From the human T2T-CHM13v2.0 reference genome, Homo sapiens, in the NCBI RefSeq assembly GCF_009914755.1, contig NC_060947.1: 64,000 bases of DNA; one strand, written 5' to 3'. The notes beneath the pieces are model-generated. The model made no database searches, was not told the origin of the DNA, and saw only the letters and a program-made list of their open reading frames with translations. Below, one piece after another: positions 44,590 through 64,000 of this stretch. Both the position numbers and the translations under genes were made by a program. How positions within the stretch are numbered: position 1 is the stretch's first letter; each line of letters begins with the position of its first letter.

Positions 44590-46160
44590 CTTGTTCTTAC
44601 TGTGCAAACTTGGAAAAATCACCTTATCTCTGAGAGCCTCAGTTTCATTATTGGTAAAATGGGGATAAACACAGTATGAAGATCATAAGATTGTGTGGAG
44701 AATAGAATAAGCTAATGCAAGTAAAATTCTTAGCATAGGGCCTGGCATAGTAACTGCCTGATTAATGTGAGTTTTTTTATTCATAAGTACCTTTTGAACA
44801 CTCTAGATTATACAGGTTACTTCTCGGATCCTCTGATATGCTGATGTGCCTAGTGTATCAACACAAAGAGATTAGAAAAAGAAGCAAATGCTTATTAGAT
44901 CATGAAACCTCTCTTTCTGCCAATATAATTCTCAATAAACTTGTGCTCTGTGAAGAACACTTTGGGAGATTCTGGTGTAGAGAAAGAAGATGTGATTTGG
45001 AGACAGAAAGAACACTTAGGTTCCAGGTTGACTTGACAATGACTTCTATTTCTTTTTTGACTTTGTTAAAGTCACATAATCTCTCTGAGCCACAGGTTTC
45101 CTATTTGTAAAATTATGAGCACGAGATTACCTGTGTTACCTCCCTTGTAAGATACAGGGAGAGAGAATTTTATAAGCTATCACCCACTATACTAACATCA
45201 GGGATCAGAAGTAGGAATGATCATGGTGAATCCAGGTGCAAGAAGAGGCGAAAAAAGGACTCCTTGTGTGGTGAATTCAAGGGTGTGGTCAGTGAGACCT
45301 CAGGATGACAGTGAATACAACTGAAATGTGCACAAAGCAGAGCTCCCTGGGACTTGCAGTATGAGGCTGTCTGGATTTCTAGGCCCCATCCAGGTCTCTA
45401 CGCTCTTTTCTCACTGCAGTTAGTCTCCAAAGCAGGCACTTTCTCTAGATGGACAGGAGAGTTCTAAGGAAATCCAAGCACTCCATGATCTATTGGTCAG
45501 ATTCCTGGCTTATACCATTTGCTACTTTCCTCAGTGTGGACTTATAGAATCCCTGAAAATCAAATAAAGACCTAATTCACAAGATTTTAGTCGCTGAAAA
45601 CAGCATTCAGTTTTTTCTTTCCAAGGCTCTTTTAAAGGCAGCCTATAGGAGAGGTAATGCATACCTGAAATAGTAGGTTGATGGGGAAGACCATCTGGGC
45701 CAGGAGAGGCTCATCAGCACCCCTCAAGTTATATCAGAGAGATGACTGTCTCCTTCCTCTACAAAGTAGACCAGGCACAGGCTTGAATTAATTTTTCCTC
45801 TGCCTGTTGTTCTCAGACACACACAGCCCAGTGGAAAGACTATAAACAGAAAGCATGTGACTGACTCTTTTCTGTAACATTTTGGCTGGATGTTAAACTT
45901 TCCTGCCTTGGAACCACCCACTATTTCCTTCATCAGTAGCTTTCAGCATGCTTCTTCCAACCGGTCTAGATGCTTGATTAGTATAGTGGAAAGAGTACTG
46001 GGCTGGGAATTGAGACCTGGAGGCCCAGTCTGTGCTACTGACTCACTCTGACATAAGACAAGCTATGACCCCTTCCTGAACCTCAGTTTTCTCATCTGTT
46101 ACACAAGGCATTTCAACTGGGGTGATCTCAAAGTTCCCTTCCAGTTCAGTCTATGGTTTT
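44590..46160 (+). mobile_element. Three MIR copies (~44590-44775, ~44975-45200, ~45975-46160)
   Basis: GAGCCTCAGTTTC / CCTCAGTTTTCTCATCTGT cores. Confidence 0.65.
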
Positions 46161-47078
46161 ACTTATTTATTTTCATCCCTGAGATTGGAGTCACCTTCAT
46201 TCCATCTTCCTGCATGGAGCATATCCATTTAGGTTAATTGCAGGATGTTGGAGAGCTGTCCAGGAACATCTGAAGCATTGAAATATTTGTTTGAAATTAA
46301 TCAGACACAACAAGACATGCAGGTGGCTGCTCTTTTCCTTCGACTTCTTGCCTCCTAGGATTCTGCCTCCTGGAAGGTGTTCACAGGCTACAGCTGCAGA
46401 GCACAGCCTGTGGATTGTTGCCTAGAAGAACATTCTCTGTAAATGGGAGTGGTTAGGGAAAGACCACTAATTGAACTCCTTTCCCAGTAAAAATAGGGGT
46501 GAGAGTGTTGAGGGAAAGGGTACAGGGTAGGGGTCAGAAAATCCAGACTCACCAACAGCAAGAACCGAGGTCACAGCCTTTATTTCTTGGCCCCTGGTCT
46601 TCTTGTCTGGGGATTGGCTTGGATTGACATCATGAAAGAGACTGTCTCATGCTGGCCTCCACCCAGCCTCCAGATGTTTCTAAATACACTGATGCCTGGG
46701 GTCACTTAGGCATATATCCCCACAGTGGCCTGGCAGTTTTTCATTTCTCATCAGTGCTTGAACACTGATGGGCCTCCCTCAACCCCACTGCCTTCTGCTC
46801 TTCAGCCATAGTCTCACTGAGCTCTCTAATCTTGGAGCCCTTGCATATGCTGCCCTCAGCCTGACTTACTATCTTTTATGGGGAATCTTTTTCTCCTTTA
46901 AGACTTATCTCAAATGTTACAGTCTATGAGAAGTCTTCTGCTATTGCCCTATGCCAAGTTGATCGCTTTCTCCTTTATGTTTCCACAGGACTCTAGAAAC
47001 TCCTCTACTTTATACCCACTATATGGCAAGATCCACGAGAGCAAGGACCACTGATTTTGGAGTTAAGATATTGTTAGC

Positions 47079-47285
47079 AATAATGTGTCATATAGTTTCA
47101 AGTAGCTAGAAGGAGGATATTGAATGTTTCTAACAAAGAAATGATAAATATTTAAGATGATGGATATACTAATGACCCTGATCTTATTATGATACATTAT
47201 ATGTATTAAAACACAACTATGTACTCCATAAATATTTACAATTATTATTTGTCAATTAAAAAACTTTTAAAAACTTACACTTAAA
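47079..47285 (+). mobile_element. Short L1MA 3' end nested in MLT1/L2 fragments (~46800-47835)
   Basis: AAAGAAATGATAAAT...GATGGATATACTAATGACCCTGAT; TSD AAGATA(T/A)TG(T/C)TAGC at 47065-78 and 47286-99. Confidence 0.8.
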
Positions 47286-48319
47286 AAGATAATGCTAGCT
47301 CCAGGAAGAGAAAAATCCCTCACATATAGTTGGTGATAGCAAGGATAGGTGGCAGTGTTATGTTTTCCGCTCTGTGAAGTCATTTAGGACCGAGGTGATG
47401 GGGAGCTGGCATCTTTCACATGTGGCTTCCAAAGTCCCCTTCCATTAGCCCACTAATGGGAGAAAGTAGAGAAGATCATGCACCTTAGGTGTTTTTATGG
47501 GCAAGGTCTATAAGTGGCACACATCACCTCTGTTCTTTTCTGTTTGCTGGAACGCAATCACATAACCACATCTAACTTCAAAAAAAGGCTGGGGAATGTA
47601 GTCTAGTCATGTGCTTGGGAAAAAGAAGAAAAAGATTTTGGTAAACAAGGCTGTCTCTAGAGGCCACACTGCTTTGTTCACTGCTGAATCCCCAAGAGAG
47701 AGCCCAGCAATCAGGAGGTGGTGAGCACCTTGGATTGTGATGGAAATTCCACCACTGGTCTGTGAACTCATGGTCTAGTATCTTATACCCTGATCAAGCA
47801 CGGGTGCATACCATGGGCTCAATAAATGTTGATTGGTCATTATTACAATTGGTGTATGCAGGAGGTGTTCCTATTCCAGAAAAAAATTTGGTGTAACACC
47901 TCCTAAGGGCAACTCATTCCCTAGTAAGTAGCCCCTGGTTGGGCTGGCTTTTCTAACCACCAGAACACTCCTGATCCCTTGGTCTTTGACCTAACTTTAT
48001 CCAATCACCAGAATTATCTGCTCCTCAGACTTCTTGAAACCTAACTGCCAATTCCCGCCTAGCCAGAGAGTTCTGAGCTTCTTTCTATGCAAAGGCTTAT
48101 CTTATTCCATCTCCTTTCTGCAATTTTTGTTTTTACACTGTCCTTAGCTACCTTCTGCCCCATTATTTTTTATAATTAGAGGGATGGAGGTGATGAGGTA
48201 GAGGAGATGCTTATATCCCAGCCAACGTCAGTATTATGAATATCTCACAATGCTTGCCTCTGCTCTAACTTGGTCCAGTCCAGCCCAGGCCAAACTAACT
48301 TCTGTGGTTTAGCCAATCA

Positions 48320-48853
<534 letters not shown>

Positions 48854-49661
48854 TGCAGCAGGTCGGATGGCCAGGACACAGAAATACTTCTGAAGAGGCC
48901 TGGGGAATCACCTGGACATGACAGGGAACATTATTTAGCCAAGGAAAACACAAGATTTGGGGTTAGACCTTGGCTACAGTAAGCCAAAAGCAAGTTTGCA
49001 ATATTGCTACTGTTAGCTTAGAGAAACCTCAGTTCAGTCTCCTGAGGCCTTCCTCTTGCTGCAGTGTGATTTTTCATCCACTGCCTACAAGGGCCTGGGA
49101 CACTGTACCCCTCAGCTCTCTCTCCTACTTCCTATGGCTGCACCTGCTCAGGTAATTTCCCTGTCTAGGAAGATGACAGCCAATGTGCCTCTACTCTTCC
49201 TTATACCTCCCCTGTCAGCCCCTGTGATTGGGACAGAAAGAGATCTAAAGGTCTGAATCTGAGTAAGTAGGGAAGTTGGTTATTAGTCCTCAGGGGGCAG
49301 CTGTCCACTTTGCCAGTACTAAATGGCAGCCCTTGGCTGGCCCAATTATTTTTCCAGAAAGGGGTTCTTTTACCTCCACAGAATTTGGATCACAGACAAC
49401 TGGAGGCAGTGGTTTATTTTACTTTTTTTTTTCTTTACTTCTGCTTTAGATGAACATATGAGAGCTTGTTCAATTGACTAAGGTTCTCAGACAGAGATGG
49501 AAAATGAGCAGATAGTATAAATGAGCCTAGGAAACCAAATAAAAGAAACCCCTCGGGCTTTGGACTCACTGGAGGGAAGTCAAGAAGTGAGCCCCTTCTC
49601 TGATACCTTGAGGGTGAAATGGCCTCCGACTGCCCATGGACTGGTGGGGGTCATAACTTTT

Positions 49662-49897
<236 letters not shown>

Positions 49898-51235
49898 GGT
49901 GGGGGTCATAGCTTTTAAGGGGAAGGGAGGTAAGTGCAAAACTCGAGTCCACTGAGCAAAATACTATGAGACATAGTCATTGAAGCCATTTTTGGGGGAA
50001 TAAAAACTAAAGAAGCTGGGACACATGTCTTTCTTTGAAATTTTTATGTGAAAGTAAAAGAATAAAACTGAGTTAGGGAGGAGAGCTTGTGAAGAAAGAG
50101 ATACATGTGAGATACAGAGGGTGGGGTCATGGGTTACAAAGAAACAGAGAGTGAGAGAGAACAAGAGCAAGAGTGAGAGCAAGGGCAAGAGCGAAAGCCA
50201 GAGAGAAATGATCTCAAAGAGTTGGCCCCAAATACTTTTTTCCTTTAAAAGAGGAGGGAAATGTTTATTTGGATTAATCAAGAAAACAAAGGGAAATCTA
50301 ATAAACACTGTAAATTCTGCTACCAAAGTGTTTATGTCAAACATCTCCTTTGTCTGTAAGTATACTATTCAGCAAACTAGAGGAAAAAAAATCCTGCGGT
50401 TGTTTATTTGAAAAAATGAAGAAAATTCCATCAACAGAGAAATAAGCTTAATTTAATCATTTGGGGAAAATAATTGCATGAAGTAGCTTTTCCTACTCTG
50501 CTTTGAAAGCCCCTTCTGAGTCATCAGAGGGTCCATAATTCCAGTATGTCGCTAAAGGAGAATGACGGATTTTGCACACACATGAATCCTTTTAAGGGCA
50601 GCTCGATAAGACAGTATTATCTCTAGGATGGGGGGCTCAGTCAGCCACTCAAGCTAATCCTGAAATTGGAATAACTGAGTTTAATCATCACTGCCTCTGT
50701 GACCCCTACCCACCCACAGTTCTCAAGAAGACATTTTCAAGAGCTGTGGCTCTGACTCAACAACAGTTTTAATGATTTCCAGGAAACAGATTGTTGTTCA
50801 AGTTCAAGAACAAGAAAGGAGAGGCTCCTAATCTTTGTGAAGAGCCTAAATTAGTATAGTCAAGTTCCTCGTTTTTTTTACGCAATAGTAGAAGCCCCCA
50901 TACTAAAGAATTTCTGATAAGCACTTGAAGGGAGGCTAACAGGATGGGAAGGCAAAGTAAATGATGTAAACCAGTCCAGGGTTCACTTCCCAAATTTGCC
51001 CTTTATTGACTGATGTTATGCAAGTTCCCTAAACTGAGTTTATTTTTTTTCCTTTGTACAATTGGGCTGATAATAATAGTACCCATCTCACATGACTATT
51101 GTTAGGTTTAAATGAGATAAGACTATAAGTGTTTGGTAGTTACTACTTATAATAATTATAAAAATTACATTAAAAATTCAGTCAATGTAATCCAACATGT
51201 CAACCACTAGTTCACCTTCCACAGTATAAAGCTTT

Positions 51236-51366
51236 TGCTGGTTGCAGTGGTTCGCACCTATAATCCCTGCTACTCAGGAGGCTAAGATGGGAGGATCGCT
51301 TGAGACCTGGAGTTCCAGACCAGCCTGGGAAACATAGCAAGTTCCCATCTTTTTTTTAAAAAAAAA
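51236..51366 (+). mobile_element. FLAM-like Alu monomer
   Basis: GGGAGGATCGCTTGAG...CCAGCCTGGGAAACATAGCAAG. Confidence 0.75.
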
Positions 51367-51637
51367 GAAAGTAAAACTCTTGAAAATATATCTGATATAG
51401 ATCTTTAGGTCTTCTCCTTACTGAAAAGACCTGTTAAAGAAAGCTTTACTTTTTCATTACATTTCACTCAAAATGGGATAATTAGTATTTTTACTGTAAG
51501 AGTAATGTGAATACTCCTTCTGTTGACACCCGGTTCATTTTTCTGTCTCTCTGCAACTTACACATACAGTCTATTGCAGGCACCAGTTACTACCTCTTCA
51601 AAAACAATTTTAAAAAAGGAAAATGTTATAGCTTTCA

Positions 51638-51808
<171 letters not shown>

Positions 51809-52899
51809 AAGAAGGAGAATCATATGATCATATCAATTGATGTGCAAAAAGCATTTGGCAAAAATCTAGCACCAATTCATGATAAAAACTCTCAGCAACT
51901 TAGGACAAAGAATAATTACCTACACCTGATAAAGAGCATCTACAAAAAAAGTACAGCTAACATCATATTTAATAGTGAAATTTTGAATGCTCTTTTTTCC
52001 GAAGATTGAGAAAAAGGCCAGGATTTTCATCTCATTACTCTTATTTAACATCATACTGGAATTTCTAGCCACTGCAATAAGGCAAGAACAAGAAATAAAA
52101 GGCATACCTGTTGGAAAAGAAGAAATAAAATGTTCTCATTTACAGATGGCAGAACTGTCTAGGTAGAAAACCCCAAATAATCTACAAACAATTTCCTTAG
52201 AACTAACAAATTAATTTAGCAAGGTCACAGTACATAGATCAACACTCAAAAATAAATTACATTTCTATATACTAAAAAATGAACATGCAGCAAGTAAAAT
52301 TAAAAACACAAACTATTTACAGTCACTTTGAAATAAATGAAATATGTAAGTATGAACTTAACAAAACACATAGGTTCTGAATGCTTAAATTAGAAAACAC
52401 TGATTAAAGAAATCAGGGAAGACCTAATTAAGTGGAAAGACGTAGTGTCTTCATGGATCAGAAGACTCAGTATAGTAACAATGTCAATTATCGTCAAATT
52501 AATCTTTAGGTTTAATACAATTCTTATCACAATCCTAGCAAGGTATTTATTTTGTAGACATTGACAAGTTTATTCTAAAATTTATATAGAAAGGCACAGG
52601 TCCTAGAATAGCTAAAACAATCTTGTAAAATAGAATAAAGTGGGATAAATTACTGTACCCAATATGAACTCCTTCTCTATGGTTAAAATAATCAAGATAG
52701 TGTGGTATTGATACATAGGTAGGTGGCATATAGATAATGGAATAGGATAGAAACACACACAATTATATTGTTGACGAAGTTGCAAAAGCAGTTCAATAGA
52801 AGTAGGATAGCCTTTTCCATAAAAAGAGTCGGAGCAACTAGACATCCATAAGCAAAAAATAAAAACCTCATCCTCAAAAAGTTACAAAAATTGATATGT

Positions 52900-53145
52900 T
52901 TTTAAAATTGTTTATTTTAAATTCATTTCTATTTTTATTTTTTAATTTAGATTCAGGGTATGCATGTGCAGGTTGCTTCATGGGTATATTGCATGATGCT
53001 GAGGTTTGGGCTTCTATTTATCTTATCACCCAAATAGTGTACACAGTACCCAATAGGTAGTTATTCAACCCGTAGCCCCCTCGATCCTTCCTTTTGGAAT
53101 CTCCAGTGCCTGTTGATCCCATCTTTATATCTGTGGGTATCCAAT
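52900..53145 (-). mobile_element. Short old L1PA 3' end
   Basis: CATGTGCAGGTT...GGGTATATTGCATGATGCTGAGGTTTGGG. Confidence 0.75.
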
Positions 53146-53228
53146 ATAAAAAATGGTTAATATATTAAAAATTAACTCAAAATGGATCATAGATTATAAA
53201 TGTAAAACATAAACCTATACAACTTCTA

Positions 53229-54332
53229 TTTTTTAACTTTTAAGTTCAGGGGTACAAGTTCAGGATTGTTACATAGGTAAACTTGTGTCATGGGAGTTTG
53301 ATGCACAGATTATTTCATCACCCAGGTAATAAGCCTAGTATTCATTAGTTATTTTTCCTGATCCTCTCCCTCCTCCCACTCACAATGCTGATAGGCCCCA
53401 GTGTGTGTTGTTCCCCTCTATGTGTCCATGTGTTCTCATCATTTAGCTTCCACTTATAAGGGAGAACATTAAGGTTTTCTGTTCCTGCATTAGTTCACTA
53501 AGGATAATGGCCTCCAGCTCCATCCATGTCCCTGCAAAAGACATGATCTCATTTTTTATGGCTGCATACTATTCCATGGTGTATATGTACTATATTTTCT
53601 TTATCCAATCTATCACTGATGGGCCTTTAGGTTGATTCCATGTCTTTGCTATTGTGAACACTGCTGCAATGAACATGTGCATGCATGTGTCTTTACAATA
53701 GAACGATTTATATTCCTTTGGGTATATACCCAGTAATGGCATTGCTGGGTCAAATGGTAGCTCTGTCTTTAGGTCTTTGGGGAATCACCACACTATCTTC
53801 CACAATGGTTGAACTAATTTACACTCCCACCAACTGTGTATAAGAGTTCCTTTTTCTCCACAACCTCACTAGCATGTGTTATTTTTTGACTTCTTAATAA
53901 TAGTCATTCTGACTGGTGTGAGATGGTATCTCAATGTGGTTTTGAATTATCTTTCTCTTATCAGTGATATTGAGCTTTTTTTTTCATATGATTGCTGGCT
54001 GCATGTATGTCTTCTTTTGAAAAGTGTCTGTTCATGTCATTTGCCCATTTTTTAATGGGGTTGTTTGTTTTCTTATAAATTTGTTAAAGTTCCTTATAGA
54101 TAATGGATATTAGGCCTTTGTCAGATGTATAGATTGTACATATTTTCTCCCATTCTGTAGGCTGCCTGTTTACTCTGTTGATAGTTTCTTTTGCTGCACA
54201 GAAGCTGTTTAGTTTAATTAGATTCTATTTGTCAATTTTTGCTTTTGTTGCAATTGCTTTTGCTGTCTTCGTCATGAAATCTTAGCCTGTGCCTATCTCC
54301 TGAATGGGGTTGCCCAGTTGTCTTCCAGGGTT
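53229..54332 (-). mobile_element. 5'-truncated L1PA (about PA13 age)
   Basis: TTTTAAGTTCAGGGGTAC...AGGTAAACTTGTGTCATGG; degenerate TSD TAAAMCTATAMAACTT. Confidence 0.85.
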
Positions 54333-54634
54333 TAAAACTATAAAACTTTTAGAGAAAAACAGAGAAGAAAATTTTTGGGATCTGTTGCTGGGCAGAGAGT
54401 TTTTAGACTTCACACCAAAACATAATCCATAAAATAAAAACTGATGAATTGGACCTCATCAAAATTAAAAGCAATTGTTATGTGAAGTCCACCTGAAGAG
54501 GATGAAAAGGCAAGCTACAGACTGGTAGAAGATATTTCTAAACTATGTGTGCCAAAAAGAACTAGTATCTAGAATATATAAAGAACTCTTAAAACTCAAC
54601 GGTAAAAAAATCAAACAATGTAATTAGAAATGAG

Positions 54635-55120
54635 TTGGTTCTAAGTCTTTGCTATTGTGAACAGTGCTGCAATAAACATATGTGTGCATGTGTCTTTATA
54701 GTAGAGTGATTTATAATCCTTTGGTTATATACCCAGTAATGGGATTGCTTGGTCAAATGGTATTTCTAGTTCTAGATCCTTGAGGGATGGCCACACTGTC
54801 TTCCACTAATTTACATTCCCACCAGCAGTGTAAAAGCATTCCTATTTCTCCACATTCTCTCCAGCACCTGTTGTTTCCTGACTTTTTAAAAATCACCATT
54901 CTAACTGGCATGAGGTGGTATCTAATGGTGGTTTTGATTTGCATTTCTCTAATGACCAGTGATGTTAAGCTTTTTTTCATATGCTTGTTGGCTGCATAAA
55001 TGTCTTCTTTGTTCTTTTCATACCCTTTGTCCACTTTTTGATGAGCTGCTGTTTCTGAAAGTTCCTGAAAACCCCTTGAAATCAATTCCTCCCTACACCT
55101 AGGCCCAGACAAAAAAAAAA
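54635..55120. mobile_element. Inverted L1PA internal fragment plus 56-bp non-L1 sequence plus poly(A)
   Basis: Antisense L1 at 54635-55054, unique sequence at 55055-55110, A tract from 55111; TSD AGAAATG(A/G)G at 54626-34 and 55121-29. Confidence 0.75.
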
Positions 55121-55628
55121 AGAAATGGGGAAAAGTCAAAAGAAATATTTTAGAATAAAGGAAATACAGATGTCAACTAAATGCATAAAAAGATGTTCCA
55201 ACATCAATAGTTATTGGAAAATGCAAACTAAAACTAAGATATCATTATAAAATATACAAGAATGGCTAAAATAAAAAGTAGTGAAATAAACAAATGTTGG
55301 TGATGATGTAGAAAAACTGAGTCACTCATACTTTGCTGATGAGAATGTAAAATGGTACAGTCTGGAAAACATTTTGGCAGTTTCTTACAAAACCCAACAT
55401 GCAATTACTATATGACACAGCAATTGTGATATCAGGCACTTATCCCAGGGAAATAAAAACGTATGTTCACACAAAAACCTGTACATAAATGTTTACAGCA
55501 GAATTTGTTCTTAATAGATCAAAACTAGAACCATCCAAGAGACCTTTAAATGGGTGAATGGTTAAACAAACTGTGGTATATTTATGCTGTGGACTACTAC
55601 ACGGCAACAAAAAGGAAGAAATTATTGA

Positions 55629-56676
<1,048 letters not shown>

Positions 56677-58526
56677 ATATATGCTGAATTTTAAAGGCCG
56701 CTTCCAGAAGGCTACATACTGTATGATTCCATCTATATGATATTTTTATATGATGAAGTTTAGAAATAGAGGACAAATTAGGGGTTTCACGGGTTTAGGG
56801 ACAAGAAGGCATAGTTGGGGGGGGCTAGTGAGTGTGGTTGCAAATGGGTAACAAGAGAGATCCTTGTGTTGGCATTATTTGGTATCTTGACTGTGATGAT
56901 GGATACACAAACCCCTATATGTGCTAAAATTGTATAGAACTTAACACACATACACGAATAAAGGAAAATATGAATAATATGGGTGGATTATGTCAATGTC
57001 GATATCCTGGTTGTGAGTTTTGTACTATAGTTTTCTAAGATGCTACCTTTGGGGAAAATTGGGTAAAGGGTACATGGGATCTTTCTGCATTACTTCTTAT
57101 AACTGTATGCAAGTCTACAATTATCTCAAAAATTTCAATTAAAAACTAAAATTTATGAATCTTGAATATTATTTCTTTTATAAGGAACACTGTCACCCAA
57201 ATCCACATTTCTGGTCTGCTCCAGAGTGGAGAGTTGAGTTGAGAGCTGACTTGTATTGGAAGTTTAAGCATAAAAGTTTCTCTTTTATGGTTGTTCATTA
57301 GGGAACTCCATGAAATCCTCAGAGGGAATTGTGGAGTCAAGCCATTGGGTCCCAGCTTTGCCACTTGTTAACTGTTCTGACCTCTGGCCAGTCTATCTTT
57401 TTCCTCATCTTTAGAATGGAAGTTATAATTCATTCTTCCCAAGGAAATAATAAGGAGGAAGGGTGTAAGCAGAAGGGTGTCAGTTGCGCTCTGGTAGCAG
57501 CTAACTCTTGAGGCAGGGATAGGGTATGTCCTCCTCACATTGGGTTACTCACTGTGCCTCAGTCTGGCACAGTGTTTCTCCATAAGAGTACTATGGACAT
57601 TTTATGAAGGGCACTTCTAGTATGTGTAGATTGCCTCACACATTGCAGAATGCTTAGCTTTCCTGCTTCCCACCCACAAAATTATAGGAGCATCATCACC
57701 ACTTCTTCATTAAACAACAACAAAAAAAGCCTCTATAAATTTCCAGCTGTCTTTTGAGGGAAGTATTGAATATTGCCCATTTTTAAGAACCATAACTATG
57801 TGTCTTGCTAGTATGTAGGAGGTATTCAACAAATATTTATTAATGTTTGACTGATGGATTTTTTTCTCCTGGGCTAAGGCTCTGGTCCATCTAACCATTG
57901 GTCCCTGGATTTGGCCTCTTTGCAAGTTTGTTTGCTGCAGCCAGTACGGCACCCAGAAAACCATTTGCATGGGCATAATTTCACCAGGATTCTGACTGTA
58001 GCAGTGAATAGGTGATTGCTTGTAGGACTGACACCAGCCTGGCTACCTTGGGAGATATAAAAGGAGGACAAAGGGAATACTTTTTCCTTTATGCATTTCG
58101 GAGGCTGCTTGGCTAAGGCTTGAAGGGCTACAAGGGCCCCTTCACCACATTATTGAGCTAATGTATTCATTGCAGGTACAGTCAACTCTCGGTTATCCTC
58201 AGATGGAATATCCAAATTACAGTGAAATAATTAGGCTTAGTTAGTAGATAATGGAGCACTTCATGAGCACTGTTTACTAGTTTTTGCTTCCTTTTAGTCC
58301 CTTATGGGGCCTGCAATCCAGCCAAAATGCTTATTTACCTCCTTCAACCCAACAAAAATATAAACTAGATATTCAAATTCAATAGGTTGAGAGTAAGAAA
58401 AGGGGCTTTTTAAAAAGTTCCTGACATAGTCAATCCAACCTCTCCCTACAGCCCCAGATGCTATCAAACTTCCTTAGTTGCTCTGCAGGAAAGGGGGCAT
58501 ATCTATGTGCACAACAAATTTATCTC

Positions 58527-58894
58527 TGCTATGGTCTGAATGTGTCCCTCCCAATTCTTGTGTTGAAAACTTAATCCCAAATGTAACAGTGTTTGGAAGT
58601 GTTGGTGGTTAGGTCATGAGGGCTCTGTCCTCACGAGTAAATGACACTATCAAAAAGGCTTTCTGTGGTGGGTTTGCTCTCTTCCACTCTTCTGCCATGT
58701 GAGGACACAGCTTTCATCCTCTTTTGCATTTCACCTTTCATCATGTGAGGATGGAGCAAGAAGGCTCTCATCAGATGCTGGTGACTTGAACTTGGACTTT
58801 ACAATCTCCAGAACTGTGAGAAATACATTTCTGTTCTTCATAAATCGCCCAGGCTCATGTATTCTGTTATACCAGTACAAAACAGGTTAAGATG
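58527..58894 (+). mobile_element. MaLR solo LTR (MST-like)
   Basis: TGCTATGGTCTGAATGTGTCCC...CTCCAGAACTGTGAGAAATACATTTCTG; TSD-like ATCTC/ACCTC. Confidence 0.85.
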
Positions 58895-59704
58895 ACCTCC
58901 AAAATCACTCACAAATCCCTCCCCTTCTCTCTCTTCCCATTTTCTCTCATCTTTACCCTAACTCAAGTCACTGTTATCTATCTCTATCTTGTCTGGACCA
59001 TTGCAGTAGCCTCCAGACAGGTAAACAAATATTTTGCTCAGTGCTTTTTATTGTTCTTGCTTCTGTTTGGCATTACAATTGCAACCTTATTATTCTTGTC
59101 TAATAATTGGAGTTTTACAAATTAAAAAGTTTTAAAAAGTATGGGTAAGAAGAGGTTAATATTTGGGAAAACTTTAGGGAGTATCCTCCCTAAAGTTAGT
59201 TTACTTACTTTAGGGAGTATCCTCTAAGGTGCATTTGTTATTAGTATAAAAATAGTTGCCGTCAAGATGCTTTGTTTCCTTAGAAGTTGAATTGCCTTCT
59301 TAAATCTTCTGCATACTATTCATTGGTTTAGATAGGTCTGTGATTCTTAGATGGGGAAAGGATTACCTACAATTCCTTCCAAAAATTTGTATTTTTTTTT
59401 CTTTTCGTACAGAGCATCTTTTAAGAGTACAAATCCAAATCATATCACCCCCATTCTGCCTGCTGTGCACTCTGCCTGCAATTCACTGTTCTGGGTGCTA
59501 AGGATGCAGTGATGGTCCAGGCTGACAAAGCCCTCAGGAAGCTCACAGTCTTCTATGGGAGTTGACAAATAAGCAATCAATCATAATAATAAATCTCTAA
59601 TTACAAATTATCTTAAGTGCCCTAAAGGTAAAGGAAAGATGTTATAAGGGAGAAGGCCCCTTAACCCCACTTGTCACATTTTTGGCTTCTCTCTCTCTCT
59701 CTTT

Positions 59705-60168
59705 AGCTTTTAATTTGAAAATAATTTCAAATTCATAAAATGGCATACCTTTTATCCAGATTCATCTGGTATTGACATTTCACCTCCCTATTTGTTTTAT
59801 TATTTGCTTTCTTTATATATACATTTTAAAAATCAGTGGAGAATAAGTTGCATACGCCATAGGTCTTTATTCCTAAACTTTAGCATGTATTTTCTATATA
59901 TAGAGATACTCTCCAACATAATCACAGTACAGTTATCCATCACAAGAATTTGACATTGATGCAACCATTTCATTCAACCTGCTGTTTGTACATGAATTTG
60001 TCAGTTGACCCAACATCCTTTATAGCATTTTCCTTCTTCAGTAGAAAATTCAATCTATAATCACATATCAATTCACTGCCATGTCCCTTTAGCCTTCTTT
60101 ACTCTGGAACAGTTTCCCAGCCTTTCCTTGTCTTTAGTGATACTGACAACTTTGAACAATAGAGTCCT
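59705..60168 (-). mobile_element. L1MC4/5-like 3' end
   Basis: TTTGAAATAATTTCAAATT...CATAATCACAGTACAGTTATC...CTGGAACAGTTTC. Confidence 0.6.
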
Positions 60169-60170
60169 CT

Positions 60171-60540
60171 TGTTATGAACTCAATTGTGTCTTCCCCCTC
60201 AAAATTCCTAAGTTAAATTCTTAACCCCTATGTGGTTATATTGGAGATAAGGCCTTCAGGAAGTCAATTAAGATTAAAGGAGGTCTTAAGGGTAATGCAT
60301 TAATCCAAGAAGAGCAAGATACACCAGATCTCTCTCTTGGTAGAGAACATAGGAAAGGCATAAGAGGACACAGAAAGAAGGTGGCCATCTACTAGCAAGG
60401 AAAAGAGGCCTCACTAAGAACCAACCCTGATGGCACCTTGATCTTGGACTTTCAGCCTTCAGAATTGCGAGAAATAAACATCTGTTATTCAACCCACCCA
60501 GTCTCTGGTATTTTGTTATGATACCTAAGCAGACTAATAC
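60171..60540 (+). mobile_element. MaLR solo LTR (MLT1A/B-like)
   Basis: GGCACCTTGATCTTGGACTT...GAGAAATAAA...GACTAATAC. Confidence 0.8.
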
Positions 60541-60575
60541 CTCCTCTGGCACCCACTTTAAAAATAAAATGCTTC

Positions 60576-64000
<3,425 letters not shown>

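Overview
Primate (almost certainly human) genomic DNA dominated by interspersed repeats: L1, Alu, MIR, L2, MaLR/ERVL LTRs and DNA transposons. The one gene is an intronless, open-frame retrocopy of the Nodal co-receptor TDGF1/CRIPTO (34333-36829, CDS 35034-35600, 188 aa). It is bounded by a 17-bp target-site duplication and a poly(A) tail, and I recognise it as CRIPTO3/TDGF1P3 (Xq23, from memory). It carries about 700 bp upstream of the ATG, including promoter-type motifs (Sox-Oct-like, GC boxes, DR0), so it appears to have brought part of its parent's promoter. I see no novel protein system. The least expected signals are structural. Two different L1s each contain an internal copy of the DNA at their own 5' junction (one direct, one inverted). 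There is also an inverted L1 fragment joined to an orphan poly(A)-tailed sequence, a 600-bp filler insertion, a ~130-bp duplication around an old L1, and an L1PA lacking most of its 5'UTR. Repeat subfamily names and comparisons with TDGF1 come from memory of consensus sequences, not from a search.
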